A DNA stretch of 64,000 nt from Gammaproteobacteria bacterium (GTDB lineage: Bacteria > Pseudomonadota > Gammaproteobacteria > JAJFKG01), in contig OZ220716.1 in the NCBI GenBank assembly GCA_965116795.1, forward strand, positions 810,503 to 874,502, written 5' to 3'. The notes under the pieces are model-generated. The model was given only the letters and a program-made list of their open reading frames with translations, made no database searches and had not been told where the DNA came from. Below are positions 30,301 to 41,684 of the stretch, one piece after another (position 1 is the first letter of the stretch; the number at the start of each line of letters is the position of its first letter). Position numbers and translations under genes: made by a program.

Positions 30301-31032
30301 TCAATTCAGTTCGATGTTACTGAATTGTGAAATTACCTCGTTTAATTGGTTTTCTGCTCCTAGCTCTGCTTGTATTATCTCGTTATAATTTAGTATGGAT
30401 TCTGTGGCGATGAGACATAGCCCATATTCTTTTGCAAGTTCTTCAACACTTAATCGACTAACTTGCTCACGTTCTGCTAGTCGACTTTGGTCAATGTCAT
30501 TGTGGATTTCTTGCACTTTATTAAACATATCTCGGTGTTCTTGATATAACTGTGAATAGCTCTGTGTCAACAATTCATGAAACTGACTGTGGCTCATGTA
30601 GTAAGTTAAAATGAAGAATTTTGTAAAATCATTGGGGATATCTCGAAAGTTTGTGTTCAAAAGTTTTAATCTGATCGAAGAGTCAGGGTTGTCATAAATA
30701 CTTTGATAAGCACCTTTTTCTAAAGCAACTTTTAGATTTGCTAAATCAGTATCTTCTTGAGATAACTTTGTTTTCAGAGTGTTAAATACTGAAATGGCGT
30801 AACCATGGTGGCTATTAAGGTTAGGATCAGCGAATTGACCATATTTTTTTATGTTAGGGAAATGTTGTTTTAATTTTTCTTGGAATATAGCTTTGTGTTG
30901 CTTGGTTAGTACTCCACTTTGCAAACCCATTATACATGATTGTTCTAACTCTGGTTTTACTCCTAGTTTTTTACAGCGCTCCAAAAATGGTTTCCAGAAA
31001 ATTTTATTTTCCTTTTGCAGATATCCAAACAT
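30301..31032 (-). CDS. Hypothetical helical protein (candidate effector)
   Basis: AT-rich ORF; ATG 31032 with AAGGAG RBS; inserted between rlmB and rpsF. Confidence 0.8.
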   Translation of the reverse strand: MFGYLQKENKIFWKPFLERCKKLGVKPELEQSCIMGLQSGVLTKQHKAIFQEKLKQHFPNIKKYGQFADPNLNSHHGYAISVFNTLKTKLSQEDTDLANLKVALEKGAYQSIYDNPDSSIRLKLLNTNFRDIPNDFTKFFILTYYMSHSQFHELLTQSYSQLYQEHRDMFNKVQEIHNDIDQSRLAEREQVSRLSVEELAKEYGLCLIATESILNYNEIIQAELGAENQLNEVISQFSNIELN

Positions 31033-31204
31033 AATAAACTCCTTAGGCCACGTCAAAAATTTTTTATCACTAATTTTGTATATTGCTATAAAGCAATACA
31101 GTACCGAATTGTAGAATAAATTAGCTAAAGTTTCTACTTGAACTCAAACAATTGATTTTTTAGTGAGGCATTGATTCAGTGAGAGTAGTAGTGTTTGAAG
31201 AATT

Positions 31205-31972
31205 TTATTTGCATTTTAACAACCGTTGACGACGCATCTCAAATAAACTAATACCACTGGCGACAGAGACATTAAGGCTTTCTACTTGCCCGAGCATTGG
31301 AATCGAAAACATATCATCACACTGTTTACGGGTTAACTCTCGTAACCCATCACCTTCACTGCCGAACACCAATGCCATTGAACCGGTGCCATCAAGTTGA
31401 TATAGCGATTGGTTAGCATTGGCACAGGCACCATAAATCCAAACACCATGCGTTTTTAACATGGATAATGTACGTGCCAAATTGGTCACTTGAATAAAGG
31501 GTACCGATTCAGTGGCACCACAGGCTACTTTGCGTACGGTTGCTGTGATCGAGGCTGCTTTGTCTTTGGGTGCAATCACTGCATTAACGCCTGCTGCATC
31601 AGCTGTGCGTAAACAAGCGCCTAAGTTATGTGGATCTTGCACGCCGTCTAATATTAACAACAATGCCGGTGTGGTTAATTCAGTTAACATAGTTGCTAAG
31701 TCTTGTTCAGTGTGAATTAATGTCGAAGCAGTATTATGTTTGTAACGAATGACAATGCCTTGATGGTGACTATCGTTAACTAAATCTGTCAATGCTTGAC
31801 GTTCTATTTTTTTAATGGTTAACTGATGGCGTTCGGCTAGTTCGATGATTGCATGTAATCGTTTATCACGTCGTCCGTGTAATGTATATACACATTCGAT
31901 GTCATTTGCACGGGTTTTACACACTGCCATCGCTGCATGTAAGCCATAAACGTACTGGTTATTGGTGTTCAT
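31205..31972 (-). CDS. rlmB: 23S rRNA Gm2251 methyltransferase
   Basis: DGVQDPHNLGACLR, GSEGDG, ESLNVSVA motifs; follows rnr. Confidence 0.96.
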   Translation of the reverse strand: MNTNNQYVYGLHAAMAVCKTRANDIECVYTLHGRRDKRLHAIIELAERHQLTIKKIERQALTDLVNDSHHQGIVIRYKHNTASTLIHTEQDLATMLTELTTPALLLILDGVQDPHNLGACLRTADAAGVNAVIAPKDKAASITATVRKVACGATESVPFIQVTNLARTLSMLKTHGVWIYGACANANQSLYQLDGTGSMALVFGSEGDGLRELTRKQCDDMFSIPMLGQVESLNVSVASGISLFEMRRQRLLKCK

Positions 31973-34271
31973 CTGTTGTTGCCGTAATATCCAATTCAAT
32001 TTGCTTAGTGTCACTATTAACGCGACTGACGATAACCGTTATTTCATCACCAAGACGGTAACATCGTCTACTGTGCTTGCCAATTAAGCAATGTGTGGTT
32101 GCATCAAAGTGATAGTAGTCTTTTGGTAAAGTAGCAATGTGGATTAAGCCATCAATAAAAATATCATCTAATTGAACAAACAAGCCAAAGTTAACCACAC
32201 CGGTAATGACTCCCGAATAGCGTTGTCCGATTTTGTCTTGCATAAATTCACACTTTAACCAATCGTTAACATCACGTGTTGCATCATCAGCGCGTCGTTC
32301 TGTCATCGAACAATGTTCACCAAGATTTACCATGTCAGCATTGGTGTAAGGAAATTCATCATCTGACTCACGATTAATAATATGTGAAATGGTGCGATGC
32401 ACGATTAAATCAGGGTAACGACGGATCGGTGAGGTAAAATGTCCATACGCGTCATAGGCCAGTGCAAAGTGACCTTCATTTTCTGGACCATATACTGCTT
32501 GGGTTAACGATCGCAAGATCACCATTTGAATTGACATGGCATCAGCACGAGTCACAACGGTTTGTAATAATTTGGCATAATCAGCTGGTGTTGGTTGTTT
32601 ACCGCCACTTAAATTTAAACTAAACATGCCTAAGAATTCGCGTAATTGCGTTAATTTATCTTCACTTGGTTTACTATGAATGCGAAATAATGATGGTTTT
32701 TTATGGCGTACTAAGAAACGGGCAGCGCACACATTGGCTGCTAACATGCATTCTTCGATGATGCGATGCGCAACAGTGCGTTTACGAATTTTTATAGCAC
32801 TGATCTGTCCTTGATCGTCGAATTCAAAATACGGTTCATTAAATTCAAAATCAATAGCCCCACGAGTTGATCGAACAGTCAGTAATATTTGATACAATGT
32901 GTGCAATTGCTGTAAATGTTGGTTCAAATCTACATATTGTTTTGCCGCTTGACTGTGCTGATCAGTGAGTAAGTCAGAGACTTCATCGTAAGTTAAGCGT
33001 GCATGTGAATGGATAACCGCGTGATAAAAGCGTGAGCGAGTGATCTTACCACTGCTATTGATTGCCATTTCACAGACTAAACATAATCTGTCGACATTAG
33101 GACGCAGTGAACACAGACCATTAGACAATGCTTCAGGCAACATTGGAATTACCTGTCCGGGGAAATACACAGAATTTCCCCGTTGTTGAGCTTCATGATC
33201 TAAGGGGCTGTTGGGTTTGACATAATAACTGACATCAGCGATGGCAACGTATAACTGCCAGCCGCCTTTTGGATTGACTTCACAGTAAATAGCATCATCA
33301 AAATCTTTGGCATCGGCACCGTCGATGGTTACAAACGGTAATTTGCGTAAGTCACGGCGTTCGTTTATTGTCGTTGTAGAGACATGATCAGGTAATGTCG
33401 CTGCTTGAGTTGATGCAGCCTCAGGCCAGCGAAAGGGTAACTGATAACTGCGGATCGCAATGTCAGTGATTAACTCAAGTTGATGTTCTGATTCTAATAC
33501 TTCGCTGATTTTTGCAATGGGATGTTGATGTAAACCCGGTTGCTGAATAAGTGTAGCTGCAACGCTTTGTCCAGGGGTAACCGATAGTGAGCTGTTGTTA
33601 GTGACAGTAATCGTACGAGCAATACGTTTGTTACTTGGTGTAATAAAGCCAATCCCACTTTCTTCGTGATATTTACCCACTATTTCTTGAGTATTGTGAC
33701 TTAATACCTCGACGATTGTTGCTTCTTGACGACCACGTCGATCGATACAAGCAACACGTACTAATACATCATCATCATGTAATACTTGACGCATTTCATT
33801 GGCACTTAAAAATAGATCAGGACCATCACTATCATGTCGATTAACAAAACCATAACCATCGCGGTGTCCAATGACTCGTCCACGAATTAACTCGAGTTGA
33901 TCAATTACACAATACTGGCTTTTGCGATTTTTTAATAATTGCCCATCGCGTTGCATTGCGCGTAAACGCCGTTTTAATGCATCTAGTCTATCCGGTGCAA
34001 ATAACTTAAGTGCGTTAGCGATTTGTTTAAATAAAACAGGTTGGCCAGCATGAGATAGATAATCTAAGATATGTTCTCGTGATGGGATTGGATCAGCATA
34101 GTTTTTTGCTTCTCTGTCTGCAAACGGATCAAAGCGTTGTTGCCATTGTTTGCTAAGGTCAGTCTTTTTAGAACGACTGGCTGACTTACGTGAGGATTTA
34201 TCTTGCTTAGGCGTCGTTTTTTTCTTACGTTTACTGTTGTGAGATTTGCCTGTCGACTTAGATGGTTTCAT
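31959..34271 (-). CDS. rnr: Ribonuclease R
   Basis: TIDGADAKDFDDA, HFTSPIRRYPD, C-terminal S1 domain. Confidence 0.97.
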   Translation of the reverse strand: MKPSKSTGKSHNSKRKKKTTPKQDKSSRKSASRSKKTDLSKQWQQRFDPFADREAKNYADPIPSREHILDYLSHAGQPVLFKQIANALKLFAPDRLDALKRRLRAMQRDGQLLKNRKSQYCVIDQLELIRGRVIGHRDGYGFVNRHDSDGPDLFLSANEMRQVLHDDDVLVRVACIDRRGRQEATIVEVLSHNTQEIVGKYHEESGIGFITPSNKRIARTITVTNNSSLSVTPGQSVAATLIQQPGLHQHPIAKISEVLESEHQLELITDIAIRSYQLPFRWPEAASTQAATLPDHVSTTTINERRDLRKLPFVTIDGADAKDFDDAIYCEVNPKGGWQLYVAIADVSYYVKPNSPLDHEAQQRGNSVYFPGQVIPMLPEALSNGLCSLRPNVDRLCLVCEMAINSSGKITRSRFYHAVIHSHARLTYDEVSDLLTDQHSQAAKQYVDLNQHLQQLHTLYQILLTVRSTRGAIDFEFNEPYFEFDDQGQISAIKIRKRTVAHRIIEECMLAANVCAARFLVRHKKPSLFRIHSKPSEDKLTQLREFLGMFSLNLSGGKQPTPADYAKLLQTVVTRADAMSIQMVILRSLTQAVYGPENEGHFALAYDAYGHFTSPIRRYPDLIVHRTISHIINRESDDEFPYTNADMVNLGEHCSMTERRADDATRDVNDWLKCEFMQDKIGQRYSGVITGVVNFGLFVQLDDIFIDGLIHIATLPKDYYHFDATTHCLIGKHSRRCYRLGDEITVIVSRVNSDTKQIELDITATTDEHQ

Positions 34272-34362
34272 ATTGCTGGTGTTGTTTACTCGATTGATTG
34301 ATAGTTCAGTATAACATTGTCATTGTGCCACACAAAATTTTGATATTATTGATAGGTGTTAT

Positions 34363-34391
34363 TTGACAAGATAATATATCAACGCTAAATT
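34363..34391 (+). promoter_or_regulatory. Promoter of tRNA-Leu
   Basis: TTGACA-17bp-TAAATT, 12 nt upstream of the tRNA. Confidence 0.6.
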
Positions 34392-34403
34392 GCCTGTCCA
34401 TTT

Positions 34404-34490
34404 GCCGAGGTGGTGAAATTGGTAGACACGCAAGCTTCAGGTGCTTGTGGGGGTAGCTCCGTGGAGGTTCGAGTCCTCTCCTCGGCACCA
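34404..34490 (+). tRNA. tRNA-Leu(CAG)
   Basis: Acceptor GCCGAGG/CCTCGGC, anticodon arm CAAGC-TTCAGGT-GCTTG, long variable arm, GGTTCGAGT, encoded CCA. Confidence 0.97.
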
Positions 34491-34512
34491 TTGGGCTGTT
34501 ATTTAAAGCGAA

Positions 34513-35871
<1,359 letters not shown>

Positions 35872-35904
35872 TTAGACATAAATTAAAAAGCTGGGGAATG
35901 TTGA

Positions 35905-36108
35905 TCATACAATGTGATGTACAATAACTAAAACAAGTGCGCCGGCGATCATCATGGTTAAACCCATGCGGCGTAATGCCACATCGTTATAGTCACTGAG
36001 TGTGCGTACCAATTTACGCCAGCATTCTGGACACAATGCCGGTAAAAAGCCTTCAATGACCAACACCAATGCGATCACTGACCAAAAGAAATCCCAAAAT
36101 GTTATCAC
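35905..36108 (-). CDS. yjeT: DUF2065 family protein (YjeT)
   Basis: ALVLVIEG..P..W...LRRMG pattern; between hflC and purA. Confidence 0.88.
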   Translation of the reverse strand: MITFWDFFWSVIALVLVIEGFLPALCPECWRKLVRTLSDYNDVALRRMGLTMMIAGALVLVIVHHIV

Positions 36109-36126
36109 GATATGTGCCTTACTAAT

Positions 36127-37095
36127 TTATCCAGTCGTCTTTTTAGCTTTGCCATTAGCATTATTAAAGTATTTGAAGAATTGACTGTCTGGATTGATGA
36201 CGACGATGTCATTTTTATTATTAAAACTGCTGGTATAGGCTTGTGTACTGCGTAAGAATGCGTAAAATTCAGTGTCTTTAGAATACGCATCTGCATAAAT
36301 TTGCGTAGCGGTGGCATCACCTTCAGCACGCACTTTAGCCGCAGTGGCTTTAGCTTTCGCTAAGATCACCCGCACATTTGCATCGGCTTGAGCACGCACT
36401 TTCTCAGCAACAGCTTGTCCACTGGCGCGGTGTTTAGCTGCTACTTGTTCACGCTCAGTAGCCATGCGTTGAAATACCGATGTGCTCACTGCTGTGGGTA
36501 AATCAATGCGTTTCACCCGTACATCAACCACGTCCACACCTAACGTTGATGCACTTTTATTGGCTTCTTGCTGTAAGGTTGACATGATATCACCACGTTC
36601 AGCAGAAACGACTTCAGTAATCGTATGTAAACCAAATTGTGCGCGTAAACTATCATTGATTTTTTGTTGAATTAGGTTATCAGCACGGTTGGAATTACCA
36701 CCGGTTCTTGTGTAGTACAATGGCACATTCTGAATCCGCCATTTTGCGTAATAGTCGACGATTACGTATTTTTGCTCTGCAGTTAAAATACGCGATGATT
36801 TAGCATCTAAGGTTAGTAATCGACTGCTAAAGCGATGTACGGTTTCAATAAATGGAATTTTGACATGCAACCCAGGTTGATAGATTTTTGCATCAGCAAA
36901 CAATTCTGGACTGATTGATTCGTCGTCCGTGTTATTGGTTGGTACCACTTTGGTATTACCAGATGTTGTTACAATCTTACCAAAGCGCAGAATAATCGCA
37001 CGTTGATCTTGACGCACGGTAAATAATGTACTTGATAGTATAAACAAGAGTACAATAAACCCAATTAATATTGGCATTAGTTTGTTAGTGTTCAT
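36127..37095 (-). CDS. hflC: FtsH modulator HflC
   Basis: SPFH domain, DVRVKRIDLP, FYAFLRS. Confidence 0.95.
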   Translation of the reverse strand: MNTNKLMPILIGFIVLLFILSSTLFTVRQDQRAIILRFGKIVTTSGNTKVVPTNNTDDESISPELFADAKIYQPGLHVKIPFIETVHRFSSRLLTLDAKSSRILTAEQKYVIVDYYAKWRIQNVPLYYTRTGGNSNRADNLIQQKINDSLRAQFGLHTITEVVSAERGDIMSTLQQEANKSASTLGVDVVDVRVKRIDLPTAVSTSVFQRMATEREQVAAKHRASGQAVAEKVRAQADANVRVILAKAKATAAKVRAEGDATATQIYADAYSKDTEFYAFLRSTQAYTSSFNNKNDIVVINPDSQFFKYFNNANGKAKKTTG

Positions 37096-38318
37096 GAGCG
37101 TTCTCCAACATGGCTGTCAGGATTATACGTTTGTCCACGTGTAGGTCGTGTTGAACGAGTTACATTACTATTGCTAGTACGCAAGGGCACATTAACTTGA
37201 TGGGTTTGTTGTGCTATCTCAGACAACAATGCGTTTGTTTGTTTATTAGTATTATCGTTGCGCGGAGGTTGTTGCTGGATGATTTTATCTAAGGGTAAAT
37301 ACAACATATTGTTACTACCATGCACATCAACTAATACTTTCGTACTACGGTTTAACACAGTTTGAATGGCATCTAAATACAAACGTTCGCGGGTAATACC
37401 TGGTGCACGTCGATAAGCAGGTAAGATTGCTAAGTAACCAGCTGTATTTCCTTTAGCAGCGAATACAGTTTGACTTTTATATGCAGTAGCTTCTTGTAAT
37501 AAACGTTGTGCTTGTCCTTGTGCGATGGGTTCAACTCGATTGGCATATGCTTGTGCTTTATTAATAAAGCGTTGCTCATCTTCACGTGCTTTAATCGCAT
37601 CATCAAATGCCTCAGTAACCGCTTCAGGTGGTTTAGCCGGTTGCAAGGTCACATCAGTAATTTCTAAACCAGTTTGGTATGATTGCGTTAGCATGCTCAA
37701 TTGTTTATATACATCTTCACGGATTTGCGCACGTCCAGATGTTAGTGTGGCATCAAGCGTTTGGCTACCGATGACTTGACGCAACGCGCTAGCAGTTGCT
37801 TCTTGTAGACTTTGTCTGGGATTATCTACCTTCAACAAGAAGTCTTCTGGATTATTAACCCGATATTGCACAACTAAGGCAACATCAACGATGTTCTCAT
37901 CTTTAGTTAACATTTCTGATTGGTATGGAAATTCAGCAATTTCTTGTGTATTGACTTTATAGGCAGCTTCGATGATCCGCGGGATCCAATGAATGCCGGG
38001 CCCAAGGGTTTCACTGTATTTCCCAAAACGTAAAATCACTGCATTTTCAGCAGCGCCAACGATGAAGATCCCAGATAATACCCATAAGATTAGTGCACCG
38101 ATCCCAATTAAACTAATGATGGCCACTGTGCCACGGGTACCGTCACTACTATTGTTATCACCCTGCTTATTGCCACCACTAAACAAGCCAGCCAGGGATT
38201 GTTTGAGTTTTTTTAACATCTCATCTAAATCAGGTGGTTCATCTTTAGATGATTTATTGCGATTCCATGGATCGCGATTGCCACCCTGTTGATTATTTCC
38301 CGGCTCATTCCACGGCAT
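37092..38318 (-). CDS. hflK: FtsH modulator HflK
   Basis: MPWNEPG, PPDLDE, MLTKDENIV, AFDDAIKAREDE motifs; start ATG 38318. Confidence 0.95.
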   Translation of the reverse strand: MPWNEPGNNQQGGNRDPWNRNKSSKDEPPDLDEMLKKLKQSLAGLFSGGNKQGDNNSSDGTRGTVAIISLIGIGALILWVLSGIFIVGAAENAVILRFGKYSETLGPGIHWIPRIIEAAYKVNTQEIAEFPYQSEMLTKDENIVDVALVVQYRVNNPEDFLLKVDNPRQSLQEATASALRQVIGSQTLDATLTSGRAQIREDVYKQLSMLTQSYQTGLEITDVTLQPAKPPEAVTEAFDDAIKAREDEQRFINKAQAYANRVEPIAQGQAQRLLQEATAYKSQTVFAAKGNTAGYLAILPAYRRAPGITRERLYLDAIQTVLNRSTKVLVDVHGSNNMLYLPLDKIIQQQPPRNDNTNKQTNALLSEIAQQTHQVNVPLRTSNSNVTRSTRPTRGQTYNPDSHVGERS

Positions 38319-38515
38319 GTAGTTGCTCCATTTTAGTGAATTTGCATAGTGCGATTGTCTGAATACTGATTGCAAAGACAAACCCAGTGCCAATTCTATG
38401 TGTCCCTACCCATCGTCGCAAGCATTCGCGTCAAAAAAATGGTTTCAGTAGATTTAGTGTGGCTATTCCAGTTTATTTATTGAGTTGATATTGGGTAAAT
38501 AGTATTGGTTGGCTA

Positions 38516-39778
38516 CTATTTGCACAAAATGGCTTCAAATTCACTGCTGGGTAACCGTATAGTTAATGTAGAGTGCCCATGTTGGTCAATTTGCTCAGCA
38601 AGCACAGCTTGCATTTGATATAATGTAGCGCGTAATTTACCTTCAGTAACCGGTAAACACACATCGCCGATCCGCATATCTTGACGTAATAATAATCCAA
38701 TCGCATCAATTAATTCATTAATGCCTTGTGTCCTTGTTGCGCTAATCCATACTCGTTTAGCACGGCGTACGTGCGTGCTTTCCTCCCATTCGATGCCATA
38801 CATTGTGTTGGGTAAACAATCGGCTTTATTAAATACGGGTAAACACATGACTTGCTCGGCACTAATTTCATTGAGTACTGAGTTAACTTGTTCAATGTTA
38901 TCTTCGCGTCCATTGGCGCTGGCATCAATAACATGTAATAGTAAATCAGCTTGACAGACTTCTTCTAATGTTGCGTGAAATGCGTTGATTAATTCATGTG
39001 GTAGGTGGCGAATAAAGCCAACAGTATCAGCAATAATAACAGGTCCTATGCCAGGGACAGTGATTCGCCTCAACGTTGGATCTAACGTTGCAAAAACTTG
39101 ATCTGCAGCATAAACACGTGCTTGAGTTAATTGATTAAACAACGTAGATTTGCCAGCATTGGTATAACCGACTAATGCAACGGTTGGTATGGCTTTACGT
39201 TGACGCGCGCGTCGGCTTAATGTTCGTTGTGTTTTCACTTTATCTAAACGTTGCTGAATAGTTTTAATCCGTGCTCGCAATAATCGTCTGTCAGTTTCTA
39301 ATTGGGTTTCACCAGGTCCACGTAAACCAATACCCCCTTTTTGACGTTCTAAGTGAGTCCAACCACGGACTAAACGGGTTGATAAATGCCGTAGCTGAGC
39401 TAATTCAACTTGCAGTTTCCCTTCAAATGTTCGTGCACGTGTGGCAAAAATTGCCAGGATTAAATCGGTGCGATCAATAACACGTACACTGCATAGGCGT
39501 TCAATGTTGCGTACTTGGCCAGTGGATAAGGCGTGATTAAATAACACAACACTAGGCTTGTGCTGCTCAACAATAGTCTTTAATTCATCCGCTTTACCGC
39601 GTCCGATAAAATATTTTGGATCAGGAATATCACGAGTAGTGGTTAGGCAATCTATACTGACTAACCCTGCTGATGCAGCAAGTTGTTGGCACTCATGCAA
39701 ATCTTCTTGTTGGTGACGTTCATGTAAATTAACATGCACAATAACCACAGTTTCTGCAGGAGGTTGTTGTTCAATCAA
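38516..39778 (-). CDS. hflX: Ribosome-splitting GTPase HflX
   Basis: GYTNAGKS, FATLDPT, DTVGF, RGPGETQLETDRR motifs. Confidence 0.97.
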   Translation of the reverse strand: MIEQQPPAETVVIVHVNLHERHQQEDLHECQQLAASAGLVSIDCLTTTRDIPDPKYFIGRGKADELKTIVEQHKPSVVLFNHALSTGQVRNIERLCSVRVIDRTDLILAIFATRARTFEGKLQVELAQLRHLSTRLVRGWTHLERQKGGIGLRGPGETQLETDRRLLRARIKTIQQRLDKVKTQRTLSRRARQRKAIPTVALVGYTNAGKSTLFNQLTQARVYAADQVFATLDPTLRRITVPGIGPVIIADTVGFIRHLPHELINAFHATLEEVCQADLLLHVIDASANGREDNIEQVNSVLNEISAEQVMCLPVFNKADCLPNTMYGIEWEESTHVRRAKRVWISATRTQGINELIDAIGLLLRQDMRIGDVCLPVTEGKLRATLYQMQAVLAEQIDQHGHSTLTIRLPSSEFEAILCK

Positions 39779-39809
39779 TTTGCTTGCTATCCAGACTATC
39801 GTTTAACGT

Positions 39810-39977
39810 AACTATGCAACGCGAATTTGACAAAATCTTTAAGAGACCCCAGTTCGGAGTTTTAACGGATAGTATAAAAGGAATGTGACTACTTTTTCTC
39901 AAAAGTTATTCCTGGATAAGTGTCCGCGACTTCCTTTGTACCGTCATCCCGCGGGATGACGGTATTTACAACTATGC
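39810..39977. repeat. Composite repeat (family E module plus REP) bounded by AACTATGC direct repeats
   Basis: 39819-39905 matches the reverse complement of 1327-1420; CCGTCATCCCGCGGGATGACGG at 39941-39962; AACTATGC at 39810 and 39970. Confidence 0.7.
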
Positions 39978-39994
39978 TGAGTTACTTGATGGTA

Positions 39995-40336
39995 TTAATC
40001 CATCCCTTCGACTGAATATGTGCCGTGCTGTTCATTGTCTTTAATTGTATCGCCGCGTTGTTCACTCGCTTTATATGTTTCGTCATTGGTTGTCATGCGT
40101 ACACTACGGGTTGGTACCACCGTTGAGATAGCATGTTTGTATACCATTTGATTGACTTGGTTGCCTTGACTACCTGTGTTTTTCAGCAAAATGGCAAATT
40201 GATCAAATGATTCAATTTGTCCGCTTAGTTTAATCCCATTCACGAGATAAACTGAAACAGGGATCTTCTCTCTCCTTAAGATGTTTAGCAAAGGGTCTTG
40301 TAAGGATTGCCCTTTTGACAATTGTCCTTTTGACAT
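39995..40336 (-). CDS. hfq: RNA chaperone Hfq
   Basis: LQDP..., [20 protein letters not shown] motifs; start ATG 40336 with AAGGAG RBS. Confidence 0.96.
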   Translation of the reverse strand: MSKGQLSKGQSLQDPLLNILRREKIPVSVYLVNGIKLSGQIESFDQFAILLKNTGSQGNQVNQMVYKHAISTVVPTRSVRMTTNDETYKASEQRGDTIKDNEQHGTYSVEGMD

Positions 40337-40383
40337 AAGTATCTCCTTATAGTTTTGTTCACCATCACCGCTATGCGAGTTTA

Positions 40384-40510
40384 TATTACTCTTCGCGTTT
40401 AAATTTAGGCTTTGTTGGCTGCGCCTTCTCACAAAAGTCATGTATTTCAATACACTCCTGTTGATTCGAAAGCTTGCCGCCTCGCCTAAATTCAAAACGC
40501 TTTGAGTATA
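40384..40510 (-). mobile_element. ERIC-like 127-bp element, copy 2 (upstream of hfq)
   Basis: Near-identical to 9973-10100. Confidence 0.88.
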
Positions 40511-40718
40511 TCTTTCAGTTTGCTCTTAAAATACATTGAGCATAATGTTGATAACAACACAAGCGGATCGCCCTCTTAGACTTGGCAGAGAGCTAAGCAG
40601 TGCCCGGCCAAGATGAGGCGCAGTGTACCATAGCCATTACAGTAGAGACAATGGTGGGATACACAAAATCAGTAGGTTGAGTGTTAAGGTGGGTAATCAA
40701 TACTCGACTATTTTATTA

Positions 40719-41684
40719 TTAATCAACTAATTTATTGGTTATTCCTTTAATAATTAATGACAGTGTTTCTGGTGAATCTATTTGAATTTGCTCGATAGGA
40801 TCACGTGTTGGCCAGTGGCGTAACCAGGTTAACTGGCGTTTTGCCAATTGTCGCGTGGCGATAATCGCGGCGTCTACCATGCGTGCATGATCGATTTCGC
40901 CTGCTAAATATTGCCATACTTGTCGATAGCCTACCGATCGCATTGCTGGTAAATCTGCATGCACATCATCACGTTGATAAAATTGTTCCACTTCGTCAAT
41001 TAATCCATCGGCCAACATCGTTTGAAACCGTGTTGCAATGCGTTGATGCAATAGTGCGCGCGTATTGGGTTGTAAACTGATACATTGAATTGGCCAAGGT
41101 GGTGGTGTTTGACACGTCATATCATCTTGCCAATAAGCACTACGCGTTTTGCCTGTGGTTAAATACACTTCTAGCGCACGTTGGATCCGCTGGGTGTCAC
41201 TGGGATGAATACGTTCAGCACTGTCAGGATCAACGTCAGCTAACCATGCATGCATTGCTGGCCAGCCAATGGTTGCAGCACGTTGGGTTAATTCAGCACG
41301 CATGCTGGGATTTGCACTCGGTAGTGCTGATAATCCAAATAATAGTGCACGAAAATATAACATCGTACCGCCCACTAATAATGGGATCCGATCATGGGCA
41401 CGAATATCGTTAATTAATGTAGTCGCATCAGTTTGAAATTGTGCAGCAGAATAAGCCGTTGTGACATCACATATATCGATTAAATGATGGGGAATACGAT
41501 TACGGATAATATGATCAGGTTTGGCAGTACCAATGTCCATACCACGGTATACTTGTGCAGAATCAACGCTAATGATCTCGCAGGGTACTTGTTCAGCTAG
41601 CGATAATGCTAATGCGGTTTTACCACTGCCCGTCGGGCCAAATAGACATAGTACCGGTAAAGAAGTTGTAGAATAATCAATCAT
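40719..41684 (-). CDS. miaA: tRNA dimethylallyltransferase
   Basis: GPTGSGKT, DSAQVYRGMDIGTAKP, RQLAKRQLTW motifs. Confidence 0.97.
   Translation of the reverse strand: MIDYSTTSLPVLCLFGPTGSGKTALALSLAEQVPCEIISVDSAQVYRGMDIGTAKPDHIIRNRIPHHLIDICDVTTAYSAAQFQTDATTLINDIRAHDRIPLLVGGTMLYFRALLFGLSALPSANPSMRAELTQRAATIGWPAMHAWLADVDPDSAERIHPSDTQRIQRALEVYLTTGKTRSAYWQDDMTCQTPPPWPIQCISLQPNTRALLHQRIATRFQTMLADGLIDEVEQFYQRDDVHADLPAMRSVGYRQVWQYLAGEIDHARMVDAAIIATRQLAKRQLTWLRHWPTRDPIEQIQIDSPETLSLIIKGITNKLVD

Noticed and set aside
34306-34491. 61-aa ORF MVPRRGLEPP
   Set aside because: Antisense translation of tRNA-Leu.
34404-34512. Island integrated at tRNA-Leu
   Set aside because: purA ends 22 bp away; no integrase and no duplicated tRNA 3' end seen.
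40337-40495. N-terminal extension of Hfq
   Set aside because: Reads through the ERIC-like element; the strong RBS is at ATG 40336.
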